Shown: piece after piece, positions 38,050 to 50,503 of the stretch
Position numbering within the stretch: position 1 is the first letter of the stretch
How the letters are laid out: every line of letters starts with the position of its first letter
Source of the DNA: Octopus bimaculoides
Taxonomy: Eukaryota
Direction of reading: 5' to 3'
NCBI RefSeq assembly: GCF_001194135.2
Contig: NC_068985.1
Location: 34,050,628-34,114,627, forward strand
DNA: 64,000 nucleotides
Notes under the pieces: generated by a model
What the model was told of the DNA's origin: nothing
What the model saw: the letters and a program-made list of their open reading frames with translations, nothing else
Databases searched by the model: none
Made by a program: the position numbers and the translations under genes

Positions 38050-39110
38050 GATTTAGAAAATCAATGTTTTTGTGAAATTCTATTTCATATTGTGAGAAAA
38101 ACAAACTTTTCTAATGCTACAACAGGAGAATATTGTTTGAACTGTGCACAATGCTATGAGTAGTTCCAGTGTTTCAAATTTGAAGGAGCATTCACTGAAG
38201 AAGATTCCAAATCTAGACATCATTCCATTTTAACTGATGATGATCATATTGTAAAAATATATGCAGTGATCCATGAAAATTGTCACCTGATTGACTTGTG
38301 CAGTTTACAAAGATGTTAGCATCTGTAAAAATTTGTGCTACAGCATTTTGAAAGAAAATTGAAGATGTATTGTGTTGTCTCAAAATTTGTAGTCCATATG
38401 TTGTTTGATAAACAAAAAAAAAAACTGAGTCTCAGCCATTCAGAAGTATTTGATTGTTCGAATGTTGATGGAAACTTTCTGTAAAGTGTTATAGAAGGTA
38501 ATGAAACTTGGGTGTATGGCTATTATGCTGAAACAAAAAAAGGCAGTCATCATAATGGACTGGATCATTAGATCTGTAGCAAAAAAAAAAAAAATTGAAG
38601 TCAACCAGATGTGAAGGTGTTGTTGATTGGAAGATATTCATCTGGAGTTATTCTAGTCATATGGTCTGAGTTTTACTTGGACGTTCTGAGATGTGAGAGA
38701 GAGTGTGAAGGAAGAGGCCTGATACATGGGCAAAGAGAACTTGGATGCTGGACCACAACAAATGTATGTGCTCATGTGCCATTCCTATTCCATAACTTTC
38801 TGGCAAAGCACAAGGTAGCTCTCATCTTCCACCTACGCTACTACCCAGATTTGGCTCTTGCAGACATTGGTTTTATTCCTAAAGTTGAATTCCACTTGAA
38901 ATAATGATTGATTTCAGATGTTGGAAGAGATCAAAGAAAATTTATTTTAAGAATTACACATTAACCCTGAAAATGCATTCCAAGATGTGTTTCAAACTGT
39001 TTAGTGCAGTGTTATAGTGGAGGGAAATACTTTTAAGGGAAGATATCTGATTAAATTGTAAGTAAAGCAATATTTTTGCTTTTAAAAATTTTGTATTCTT
39101 TCTGGACAGA
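38050..39110 (+). pseudogene. Fossil mariner (DD34D) transposase, near full length
   Basis: VKFYF...MLQQ...QCYE.F; SKFVVHML; NFL.SVIEGNETWVYGYYAETKK (degenerate ITGDETWVY); FLAKHKVALIFHLRYYPDLALAD (degenerate HPPYSPDLAPCD). Confidence 0.85.
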
Positions 39111-40087
39111 CGTCATGAACTATAAAGTATCAAGAAGTTTCTAACAGTGTATGATGTAGCGGAAGTGTATCATTGACCAGGGCATAAATGTAGAATAGTA
39201 CCTTTAATGAATACAATACTATAAAGAAATAAACAAAATATGAATATAACAGAATGTGTTTTGTAAATGGCCACTATGACTTTTTCCCAGTGTAATAACT
39301 TTAGTTTTAACAAATGATCTCAGATTAAGTCATTTGTCAAGCAAGTACGGTTCTAAAATAAGTACACTCACCCTCCTCACCAAATACTCATATATATTTA
39401 AGTGTACATATTATTTTGATCCTTGCTGTCTTGTATGCATATACTGAATTAATTCCAGTTGGACAACCTTCAGCACATACAAGCAAATGCTTTGTTGTTT
39501 TCTATATTGGAACAATTCCTGTCTAACTTCATTCAAACAAACCAAAGTGTTATCTACCACTAAGAAGTGAAGTCATGCTGAGATACCATGTCCTGTAGTC
39601 TGCTGACATTGTTTGGAACTTTGTGCCTTTATATACAAAGTCTGTAGGAGTATATCTTCAAGCAAAAGACTAACAATAATATTAGGAAAGAATAATATGA
39701 AATAAAGTATTGAAAAAATAATTAGAAAAATTTAGAAAGAAAATAATGGCATTTTCAGAAATGAAACTTAAGATCCAAGAGATTAAAACTTAATTGGTAC
39801 CCACAGGTGAATATCATTGCTAGATTGTTGTTATGCTAGATATAATTGAAGGGTTTGGTGGTGTCAAAAATGTGAGCATTAATTCAAAGTTTTCAGGGGC
39901 TAGAGAATATTAGTACAATCCAAGAAACCAAATCTGTGGTAAGTGTGGTTTTACAGAAATCTTTGTAAGTAGTCAATGAAGAGAGGAAAAAATTCAAGTT
40001 AAAGGAAATGGTTGTTTTAGATGTTATACACGAAGGTGATTGGTTAATAATTGGCATATCAAAGGCATAAATTTTTGAGCATGAATA

Positions 40088-40305
40088 TGAGGGATTGCTG
40101 AAAAGTTCCTGGCTTTGGGTAAAAGTAAATACAGGAGGATCAGTTCATTATGATTTTATTCAACATATTCCCCTCTCAGATTCACACTCTTATTGCAGTT
40201 GTTCTTTAGTTTTTCTAAGACCTCTAAAAAGAACTTGGAAGGTTGAGCCTCCAACTAGGCCTTTCGTGATACTCTTAAAGCCTGGAACTTTTCAGCACTC
40301 CCTCA
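40088..40305. mobile_element. Mariner-derived MITE, 218 bp
   Basis: About 30-bp TIRs TGAGGGATTGCTGAAAAGTTCCTGGCTTT / AAAGCCTGGAACTTTTCAGCACTCCCTCA. TA on the left flank, TT on the right. Confidence 0.85.
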
Positions 40306-40989
40306 TTTTCTGTCATCTACTTTGATAGTTTGGGGTGTAAGTTACTGCTTAGAGTCAAAAGATTGGTTGAGACAGGAACTACCTTGGATGCATACCATTT
40401 AAGTTTAGAATAAATATCATCACATCCTGTTGTGTTAATGGATTGGAGTGAAGAAAAATGTTTTTTGCCTTTGGCAAATTTTCTGTTTGTTTAGTGAATA
40501 AGGTGGGGTTTTGAGAAGAGACGTTGGAATGAATTTTGTTGTTTTTGTGCATGTGTATGTGCATGTATGTATGTATATGTGTGTAAATGTATGGGTGCAT
40601 AAGTGTGCATGTGTGTATGTGCAAGTCTGTGTGTGTGCACATGTGTCTGCATATATGCACTGTATGGAACTGAAATCAAAACAGATATCAAAGGTGATGG
40701 GTTTATCAGTAGGAGTGGTTCATACAGAACCATTATCTTGTTCTGAAGTGGCTGGTAAGAGGGTTTTGTAAAATTAGTCGAGATTGCTTTGGTAAGAAAA
40801 CGGAGGTACTGGTTATTATTTTAGGTGAGGTTGCAGTGTGTGCAGTACACAAATGCACTTGCTGATTTATTGTTTTCTAAAGGGCATTCTTGTGTTGGTA
40901 GGTTTGTACAGGTGGTTGACCTCTTCCAGATTTGTTGGATTGTATGTCATTGTACTCATTGCTGAAATCACAGACCAGCCACAGACCAT

Positions 40990-41520
40990 GCTGATAGAGC
41001 TAAGCACTCAGCTTAGCAGTAGGTCTTAAAATGAACCACATGAAAAAGAAAAATATATATGCAGTCAGAAGATGTAGTACAAGGCTGAGTAGAAGTGGGA
41101 AGTGATGAAATTGAGGAAGTAAAGGAGTGTGTCTACATAGGGCACACAGTGAATGTGCTCTGAGATATGGATGCTGAAATCTCAAAAATGTGCTCCAAAC
41201 AAAGCCAGACAATGCTGTACATGCCAGACTCTTCAATAGCACCATCCTACCTGTGCTCTTATATGCAAGTGAGATGTGGGCTACTATGAAAAAGGATAGA
41301 ACATCAGTTGTCTACAACACAAAGTGGCATGGAAAGATCCATTCTAGGAATATCAGTAAGAGAGCACATTTGATATGAAATAATTTGAGAATGGAGTGGA
41401 GTGAATAATGAAAGCACAAGTTCCACTGAGCTGGACATGTCACAAGGTTCACAGACAACAAGTGGACCCATGCAGTATCCAAGAGATCAGCAAATGCCAC
41501 TTGGAAGGCTTCCATGATAA
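40990..41520 (+). pseudogene. RTE-type ORF2 C-terminal fragment (different family)
   Basis: YIGHTVN; LFNSTILPVLLYASEMWAT; MERSILGIS; AGHVTRFTDNKWT. Confidence 0.7.
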
Positions 41521-41829
41521 TGGGAAGAGGATTTGGTCAAGTAGTGGAGATAAAGAGTTTGTGCAATAAAAATAATGTGGGGTAGGTTGTCTTGCTCAAA
41601 TGATCCAGAAAGTGTTAGAGACTGTGATGCCAAATTTAATGTTGTGTTTGGGAAGTTGGTATGTCAGTCATCAGTAGACGAAATGGTGCAGATATTTAAG
41701 GATGGCAAATGATGCAGCCTCTGTGTCAGCAGTGACAGTACAAGAGATGAAAGAAGTTGTGAGCATTGTAGTCCCTGAGGATGTTGACTTCAGAGAAAAG
41801 TATTTTGAAATATGTGTACTTAATCCTTT

Positions 41830-42040
41830 CTACTATAGGCACAAGGCCTGAAATTTTGGGTGAGTGGGCCAATCAATTAACTCGACCCCAGTACACAACT
41901 GGTACTTAGTTTATTGACCCCGAAAGAATGAAAGGCAAAGTCAACCTTGGCGGAGTTTGAACTCAGAATGTAGTGACGGGTGAAAAACTGCTAAGCATTT
42001 CGTCCAGTGTGCTAACAACTCTGCCAGTTTGCCACCTTAA
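41830..42040 (-). mobile_element. Family A SINE with CpG decay
   Basis: Same motifs in reverse complement, with several CpG>TpG/CpA changes. Confidence 0.85.
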
Positions 42041-42466
42041 ATATATGTGCTTAATGAGAATAACAGATAGCCTAACAACAGATTTTAAAAGCCGTAGAAA
42101 CAGTAGATAGACTAAATGGAATGAGGAAAAGAGAAACTGAACATAGAAATGAAAATGAAATAAGGAAAATGAACATCTTTGTTATTGGAGTCCTTGTTGA
42201 GAGATGAGTGATGAAGAGAATGGATTCTATATAGCTGCAGACATCACCTTTAGGAAATTGGCTGGATTAAAGTTTCTGCTCCATTGTTGGGTAAGAAATA
42301 TGGAATATTTCTAAAGTTTAGGAATAGCTTCTATGTTAACAGGTGGCTGGATGCATTCAAAGTTAGACAAAAGTCAACAAATATTAGTACAAATGAGAGA
42401 AAGTTATCCAGTAGATTGTTTTAAAATTTTCTTGTTAGTGTGTATTTATGTGATTGGTATGATTAT

Positions 42467-42696
42467 GCGGCGAGCTGGCAGAATCGTTAGCACGCCGGGC
42501 GAAATGCTTAGCGGTATTTCGTCTGCCGTTACGTTCTGAGTTCAAATTCCGCCGAGGTCGACTTTGCCTTTCATCCTTTCGGGGTCGATAAATTAAGTAC
42601 CAGTTACGCACTGGGGTCGATGTAATCGACTTAATCCGTTCGTCTGTTTTTGTTTGTTCCCTCTATGTTTAGCCCCTTGTGGGCAATAACGAAATA
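42467..42696 (+). mobile_element. Young full-length tRNA-derived SINE (family A; central segment resembles the MetaSINE domain)
   Basis: A-box-like GGCGAGCTGGCAGAATCG and B-box-like GTTCAAATTCC. Central GCCTTTCATCCTTTCGGGGTCGATAAATTAAGTACCAG. TSD GGTATGATTAT(GC) at 42456-42468 and 42697-42709. All CpGs retained. Confidence 0.9.
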
Positions 42697-42722
42697 GGTA
42701 TGATTATGCCTTTCTCTCTCTC

Positions 42723-42755
<33 letters not shown>

Positions 42756-43264
42756 ACACACACACATATTTGTTTAATGTCTGTTTTTCTATGCTAGCAA
42801 GAGTTAGATAGAGATGTACTTGAGGCAAGATTTTTTATGACTGGATACTCTTGCTATCACCAAACCTTATCTGTATTTCAAGAGAATTTTAATTCCAGAG
42901 ATATTTGAGAATGCAGAGCTAGCAGATGATTTGTTGCAATGAAATATCCTAGAATCCCTTGAATGCTGTGAGCTTGGTTTCTAAAGCTGAAACCTAGACT
43001 TGAATTCACAAAAGTAAGCCTAGCAAATATAAAAGTTAGCAGGAACAAATACAGAACACTACTATCATCTGGACAATGGCCATGTTCAATATACTTAAAA
43101 GAAATTAGTAAGAATTCAATACTGTGTATTCACTGTAAATTATGGGTGTAAAATAAGCTTTAGTAGGTTCACAGGCAGAATGACTAAAAAGAAAAAACTA
43201 CAGAGCTGGATGTATAGATATAGTAAGCATTAAGAAAATCCATGAAACAAATTCTTACAACTAC

Positions 43265-43680
43265 CTAGAAGGCTTACAAAAATTTATTCACAGCTTCTGT
43301 AACCTAGGTAATCTTATGAGTAGTGGAGGTGGATATTGTAAAAGTATAGTAGCCAAAGAAAGGGTTGTAAAAGTTCAGCAAAGACTTTTCTCTCAAAATG
43401 AAGGCAGATTCCAAGGTTGTATGGTAGCAAGACATAGTAAGTGAATTTGGTGTAAAGGTTGGAAAAAATGAGCTCAATATGCTCTGTTAGATATTTTAAC
43501 ATGCATGAGCAATGTATTCCAAAAGAGCTGAGAGAATAAAAATGATCATCAGCAGACTCAGATCTAGTGTGCAAGATCACACATTGCATTGGTTGAGTTA
43601 TGAAATAGCTATGAAGGATGAATGTTCAGTTAAAGACTGTTAAGGGATCCTAGTGGAAGGAGCTTGCAGAAGAAAAAGAC
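43265..43680 (+). pseudogene. Older RTE ORF2 C-terminal fragment
   Basis: FCNLGNLMSSGGG...SIVA and later degenerate RTE C-terminal motifs. Converges tail-to-tail on the younger RTE copy. Confidence 0.55.
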
Positions 43681-43744
43681 ATATCTACACTAAATGATCC
43701 TTATTCATTTTGGATATCACAAAGAAAATGGCAGCCTTCAATGA

Positions 43745-46070
43745 AAGGCCACCTGCTTGAATGTTGTTTTTCGTGTGCCACTGGCACATGTGCCAGTAAG
43801 CTGAAGCTGGTAACGATCATGCTTGAATGGTGCTTTTTACATGCCACCGGCATGGGAGTCAGTCAGCAGCTCTGGCATCGATCACGCTCGGATGGTGCTT
43901 TTAATGTTTCACTAGCACGAGTGCCAATCAGGCAGTACTGTCATTGGCCACATCAGCGATTTTAATTTCACTTGCCTCAACAGGTCTTCACAGGCAAAAT
44001 TTATTGTCTAATGAACGAAGAGTACTCATAAGTGGACTGGCTATACAACACTGGCATAGACCATGGGTTATGGTCTCACTTGGCTTGTCGGGCTTCTCAA
44101 GCACAACATATCTCCAAAGGTCTTGGTCACTAGTCATTGCCTCAATGAGGCCCAATGTTCGATGGTTGTGCTTCACCACCTCATCCCAGGTCTTCCTGGG
44201 TCTACCTCTTCCACAGGCTTCATTCAATGAAGCATATTGTCTTCATTCCTTGCAAGCTTGCGCATGTCCTCAGCAGTCATGGCCCATGTTTCACTGCCAT
44301 GTAGCATGGCTGTTCATACACATGCATTATACAGTCTACCTTTTACTCTGAGCGAGAGGCCCTTTGTCACCAGGTGAGGTAGGAGCTCTCTGTACTTTGC
44401 CCAGGCTATTCTTATACTAGCAGCTACACTTTCAGAGCATCCACCCCCCGCTACTGACTTGGTCACCTAGGTAATGAAAGCTATCAACTACTTTTAGTTT
44501 TTCTCCCCGGAATCTGACAGAAGTTGTTCTCTGCATATTTTCAGTGTTTATTGCTCCTGAGCATCTGCCACATACAAAAACTATCTTCCCAGTTAGCTTT
44601 CCTTTGATATTGCTGCACCTCTTATGTGTCCATAGCTTACACTGGGTACATCTTATAAAGTTTCTATCTACACCTTTTATACAGATTGAGCAGGGTCATC
44701 TACCTGAAGGGATTTGTGGTTCGTCTGCCTTCCTACTTATTAGGACTTTGGTTTCAGCTAGGTTGACTGTAAGGCCCTTCAATTCTAATCCTTGCTTCCA
44801 CACCTGAAACTTTTCCTCTAGTTTTGGTAGTCACTCAGCAATTAGAGCAAGGTCATCAGCATAGAGGAGCTCCCAGGGGCATCCTGTCTTGAGTTCCTCT
44901 GTTATTGCCTGGAGGACTATGATGAATAAGAGGGGGCTGAGGACTGAACCTTGATGGACCCCTATCCCTACCTGGAATTCTTCAATGTACTTGTTGCCAA
45001 CCTTCACCTTACTGACAGCATCCCTGTACATGGCTTGCACAGCTCTCACTAACCATTCATCTATCCCTAGTTTCCTCATTGACCACCAGATAAGGGATCG
45101 GGGGACCCTGTCAAAGGCTTTCTCCATGTCAATGAAAGCCAGGTACAGAGGTTTATCTTTGGCTAGGTATTTCTCCTGCAGCTGTCTTACCAGAAATATA
45201 GCATCAGTGGTGCTTTTCCCTGGCACGAACCCAAACTGCATCTCATCTAGACTGACTCTCTCCCTAATTAGTTGGGGCTATGACCCTCTCCGTGACCTGA
45301 TCCAACAACTTGATACCTTTGTAATTATTTATATCTAAAGCGTCACCTTTACCTTTGTAGCAGTTGAGTATGGTGCTGCTACACAAGTCACTGGGCATGA
45401 CTCTTTCACGTATCACCTGGTTGACTATACTGGTGACTAGGCTATAGCCGACACCACCAGATATTTTGAGCATCTCTGCGGTGATTCGTGATGGGCCAGG
45501 GGCTTTCCATGTCTTCACACCCTTAATTGCTTTATCTACCAAGGTACTGTCAATTCAGATAGCTGGTCCCTCTGTTGAGCCAGCATTCAGCATACTCTCC
45601 CATTCATTCACTTTATTTAGCAACCTTTCATAGTGGTGTCTCCAAACCTCTCTCTTTGCAGTCTCATTTAATGCAAGCAAACCATCATCCATGTGGACAC
45701 ATTTCTCTTCTATGACATCATGATTCTCTCTCACACAGTCTTGCAACACGGAATACCTCAAATCTTTGGTCCTCACGGCACAGAACTGGCAAATTTTTTC
45801 TTATCTACTTCCCCTCTGGCTAAATAAACGTGTCTCCTAGCTTTCCTTCCAGCAGTCTGATAGAATTCCCTGATACCACCATTCTTCCAGTCCTTCCAAG
45901 CCTGTTTCTTTTCCCTAATGGCCTTGTCAACAACATTGTTCCACAACCATGTTACCTTGTGTCGAGAGGGGACTTTGCACCATCCACAGATCTGGTCAGT
46001 GGCCCTCAGCAAGTTGTCCCATAGAAACCTCCAGTTGTCTTCCACATCATGTGATGCTATACCCACCTCT
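43745..46070 (-). mobile_element. 5'-truncated RTE-clade LINE (ORF2 pseudogene with RT domain and 3'UTR)
   Basis: RT motifs QFGFVPGKSTTDAIF, FIDMEKAFDRVPR, GVHQGSVLSPLLF, LLYADDL (44831-45241). KAPGPS upstream. C-terminal GRGRPRKTWDEVV (43988-44227). Several stops and frameshifts. Confidence 0.95.
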
Positions 46071-46084
46071 ATTCACTCTGTAGA

Positions 46085-46136
<52 letters not shown>

Positions 46137-47403
46137 CATACACATAAAAAAATATATATAGTTTAACCCTTTAGCATTTAAACCAGCCACATCTGGTCCA
46201 ATATTATACCTGTTTTATGTTCAAATTGGCCATATTCATAAGAGAAGGGGAGATAATCTTATGAGTAAATTCTCTGAAATTGACATTCAAGAGTCAAAAG
46301 TTTTCCAAAGTTGACATGCGGTAAAATTAAAAAATGAGCTCATTGTGTAGAGCTGAGTGAACAATTGTGGACATTTGTTCCTACCTCAATAGGCAACATG
46401 AACACAATTAACCCACCTTATTTCCAGTAGCCAAAGGACTAACATATATAGAGAAAGAATGAAATAACTCAGAGTGCCCAGTGGTATGCATTTGATTTTT
46501 AAGATTATCTTCCCTTGTTCTAAGGAGCTTGTCTGAGTTACTATTTGGTAATTACAACCTCCTCTTGAGGTGATGATAATTTTAATAAATCGAGAATTTA
46601 TGCTGTATTATATTTGATATACCTATATTTGTCTACATTGTTCAATTATATGCCATTGGCCCTTCAGAATTATTTTACTTAGCTTGTTTTGTTTAAAATA
46701 TGTAAAGTTACTGGGCCATTAATGTGTTCTACCCTTTTATTTTGTATGTCTAAGTTCCTTGAGTACTGGGTATAAGGGAGGTAATTGTTGTGTTGATGGT
46801 GCTTTTTGAGGTGGATATATGTGTTCACAGCTATCCTCGTATACCAAAACTTTCTTTTCCTTAATGACATTCAACTTCAGAGAATTTTTGATTCTTGATA
46901 TTATCTCTCTTCTTCATATGAAACTAGTTTTAATTGCTGCTTGGTTATTGTGGCACATACTCTAGAAATGGAGATAATTTTAATAAAACAAAGATTTATG
47001 TTGTATGGTATTTGATATACCAGTAGTTGTCTCTCTTTTGCACTCTCTGTTTCTCTCCATGCATACACACACATTATTACTCAGCTCCAGGAAGTGGGGC
47101 AATGCATACAGTGGATTTATATATGCTTATTTAAAAAAAATTTTTTTTATATATATCAGCATATACACATGCACACAGACACACTTCTGTTATCAAATTT
47201 AAACAACACATTGAATAATAAGCTGAAGTCACTGCTCCTCTTATCTCTTATGCATATTAAATGAGAGAGAGAGAGAGAGAGAGGGGGGGAGGGAAGCGAG
47301 TGGCGAGGAAGAGTAGATAGCTGATGCATATTAATGTTTAAAATGGCATTCTTGTGTTAGTGAGTTTTAATTGTTCTTGCTTTTTAACTATGGAAATTGA
47401 AAA

Positions 47404-47572
47404 CAGGAGTGGCTGTGTGGTAAGTAGCTTGCTTACCAACCACATGGTTCCGGGTTCAGTCCCACTGCGTGGCACCTTGGGCAAGTGTCTTCTACTATAG
47501 CCTCGGGCCGACCAAAGACTTGTGAGTGGATTTGGTAGACGGAAACTGAAAGAAGCCCGTCGTATATATATG
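47404..47572 (+). mobile_element. Family B SINE, 5' half, young
   Basis: GGAGTGGCTGTGTGGTAAG...GGTTCAGTCCCACTGCGTGGCACCTTGGGCAAGTGTCTTC. Related copies at about 27211-27370 (+), 36545-36720 (-), 50778-51135 (+), 53995-54185 (+), 17620-18750 (-, split) and 5663-6340 (+, split). Confidence 0.85.
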
Positions 47573-49204
47573 TATAGGGAACCCGTGGAAGAGGTAGGCC
47601 CAGGAAGACNNNNNNNNNNNNNNNNNNNNNNNNNNNNNNNNNNNNNNNNNNNNNNNNNNNNNNNNNNNNNNNNNNNNNNNNNNNNNNNNNNNNNNNNNNN
47701 NNNNNNNNNNNNNNNNNNNNNNNNNNNNNNNNNNNNNNNNNNNNNNNNNNNNNNNNNNNNNNNNNNNNNNNNNNNNNNNNNNNNNNNNNNNNNNNNNNNN
47801 NNNNNNNNNNNNNNNNNNNNNNNNNNNNNNNNNNNNNNNNNNNNNNNNNNNNNNNNNNNNNNNNNNNNNNNNNNNNNNNNNNNNNNNNNNNNNNNNNNNN
47901 NNNNNNNNNNNNNNNNNNNNNNNNNNNNNNNNNNNNNNNNNNNNNNNNNNNNNNNNNNNNNNNNNNNNNNNNNNNNNNNNNNNNNNNNNNNNNNNNNNNN
48001 NNNNNNNNNNNNNNNNNNNNNNNNNNNNNNNNNNNNNNNNNNNNNNNNNNNNNNNNNNNNNNNNNNNNNNNNNNNNNNNNNNNNNNNNNNNNNNNNNNNN
48101 NNNNNNNNNNNNNNNNNNNNNNNNNNNNNNNNNNNNNNNNNNNNNNNNNNNNNNNNNNNNNNNNNNNNNNNNNNNNNNNNNNNNNNNNNNNNNNNNNNNN
48201 NNNNNNNNNNNNNNNNNNNNNNNNNNNNNNNNNNNNNNNNNNNNNNNNNNNNNNNNNNNNNNNNNNNNNNNNNNNNNNNNNNNNNNNNNNNNNNNNNNNN
48301 NNNNNNNNNNNNNNNNNNNNNNNNNNNNNNNNNNNNNNNNNNNNNNNNNNNNNNNNNNNNNNNNNNNNNNNNNNNNNNNNNNNNNNNNNNNNNNNNNNNN
48401 NNNNNNNNNNNNNNNNNNNNNNNNNNNNNNNNNNNNNNATGTATATATATATATATACAGACACACACATTTGTATATATATACAAATGTGTGTGTATAG
48501 CAATTTAATTTATGTAATCCATTTACTGAATTTTTTTTTGTATATTTTTTATGCACTTTCTGTGTTCTTTATTAAGTTTATATCCTTTTGTAAAGATAGT
48601 ATTTCACTTTCAGAGATAATCCTACTTTTTATGATTCGGGGATATTTTATTGATCAGAAAGTAAAACTTGTAACCATCGTTTTTCACTGAATGCTTATAT
48701 GAGTGCCCTGGTGTCTCTAATATGTTGATTGCAATAAACTGGAGTACGGTCTGGGTTATCTCCTCTTAATCTGTTGTTCACTGCTGACTGTTGTATTGTG
48801 AGAATATGACCCTTGGTTGCGACCAATGTTAAGGATTATGTCCCTTGATTATAATAAATTCAGATGACTCAGCAGCATATTTCGTTATTTAGTAACAGAA
48901 AGAATTTAATGGAAGCGTGATGGGATTCTTGATGAAACTCTAAATTACCGATAGCCTCAAATATTGATTATTTATTGGTTAGGATAAATAATTTATCACA
49001 TAAATTACGTAGAAATAAACGTTATATTGTGTCTCAAGAGTAGCCGTAAATCAAACTTCAATAAAAGACTATTCGTCGACTAGACAATGTTATAAATAGA
49101 TTTGTAACAAGGTAAAAAATGAGGACAAAAAGAAATAGAATAGAGAAATTCAGGTAGACCCTTTTTACAGTGCAGCTGTGACCAGACAGATTAGATTTCT
49201 TCCC

Positions 49205-49552
49205 AGTGTGTTTACTCAGAAAGAACGAATGTGACCTACCTAATAACTGGCACTCCATCGGCTACAGCAGATGAGAGTGTTTCAGTAGATCCGATCAATG
49301 GAAATGCTTGTGAAATTAACGTGTAAGTGGCTGAACACTCCACAGAGAAGGTATACTCTTAATGTAGTTCTCAGGGTAATTTAGTCTGACAAGGCTGGCC
49401 CTTTGAAATACAGGTATCACTCATGCTAACTGAAGAAAATGGAACAACATGAAATAGTGTCTTGCTCAAGGACATGACGTGCCACCGGGAATTGAAATCA
49501 CAACCTTACAATCGTGAGCTGAGTACCCTAGCCACTAAGCCAAGCGCCTTCA
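49205..49552 (-). mobile_element. tRNA-derived SINE, third family
   Basis: Reverse-complement head GGCGCTTGGCTTAGTGGCTAGG...GATTTCAATTCCCGG followed by CCTTGAGCAAGACAC. A related head occurs at 35040-35260 (+). Confidence 0.7.
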
Positions 49553-50470
49553 CAACCTACCTAATAACGATCACTAATTAACAGATATATGGAATGTCTG
49601 TCTTAAAAGCTGTGTTTGTATGGGAGAAATAAAATATATGAGAAATAGCTTGATACTGAAAAAACTATAACTTGAGTAAGTTTCAAAGAGAAATACATTG
49701 CAATAAAAATTCCGGTTTTTTTCTGCATGTAACAGAATAAAAAATCATCATTATCATCGTTGTCATCATATTTATCATCATTTTATTGCTTTTGTTCCAT
49801 GCTGGCATAAATTGGACTAATGATTATAGCCCTAGTCAGTTATCAGTAAGAGTTATTGGTTTCTTAAATGGACTGGGGACCATATTCCGTTTGTATGTTC
49901 CATTTTTAGCATAGTTTCTCTGGCTGGTAACATTGCTATCGCCAACTATTTTACAGAATGAACTAAGTGCATTTTGTTGTTGCCCCAGTGCTACAGTAAT
50001 TGTTTTCCCCCGGCATTCATCACTACAGAGGCTGTCTTGTCTCTGAAAAGACTAAACAGAATCTTCTCTAAATTGTCTTCAATCACTTGTTTCTTTTCCA
50101 TACAACTGAATAAGGACCTTTTCTGTCATATATCCGAGAAAGGAGGTGGTCTGCGTTTGGGCTAAAGGGTCCCACCACTGTACATTGATATGGGTTAAAG
50201 AGTTGCTCCTCTTGCTTTGGTCTATATTCTTACTACTCATAGAGCATCTTGTTAGGCTTGATGTGATGGGTAGCTATCTGGAAGTTCATAATGGTCATAT
50301 AGATTACTGGATATGAAGGTTGCTTCTGTCTACTCCACCTGGGCAGCCTGGTGTAGTAAGGAGTTCTAGTATTTGCTCTAATGTTATGCTGAGATCATAG
50401 GGAAATAGAACCAAAACACAACCCATCACTTGCTATATATAAGCATAGCACCTCCTCATCNNNNNNNNNN

Positions 50471-50503
<33 letters not shown>

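Noticed and set aside
42467-42560. tRNA gene
   Set aside because: The A/B boxes belong to SINE heads that continue into SINE body sequence. No cloverleaf with acceptor stem.
47338-48556. Long ORFs of 328-382 aa (also 18052-18558 and 12282-12746)
   Set aside because: They consist mostly of X from N gaps, flanked by SINE and microsatellite sequence.
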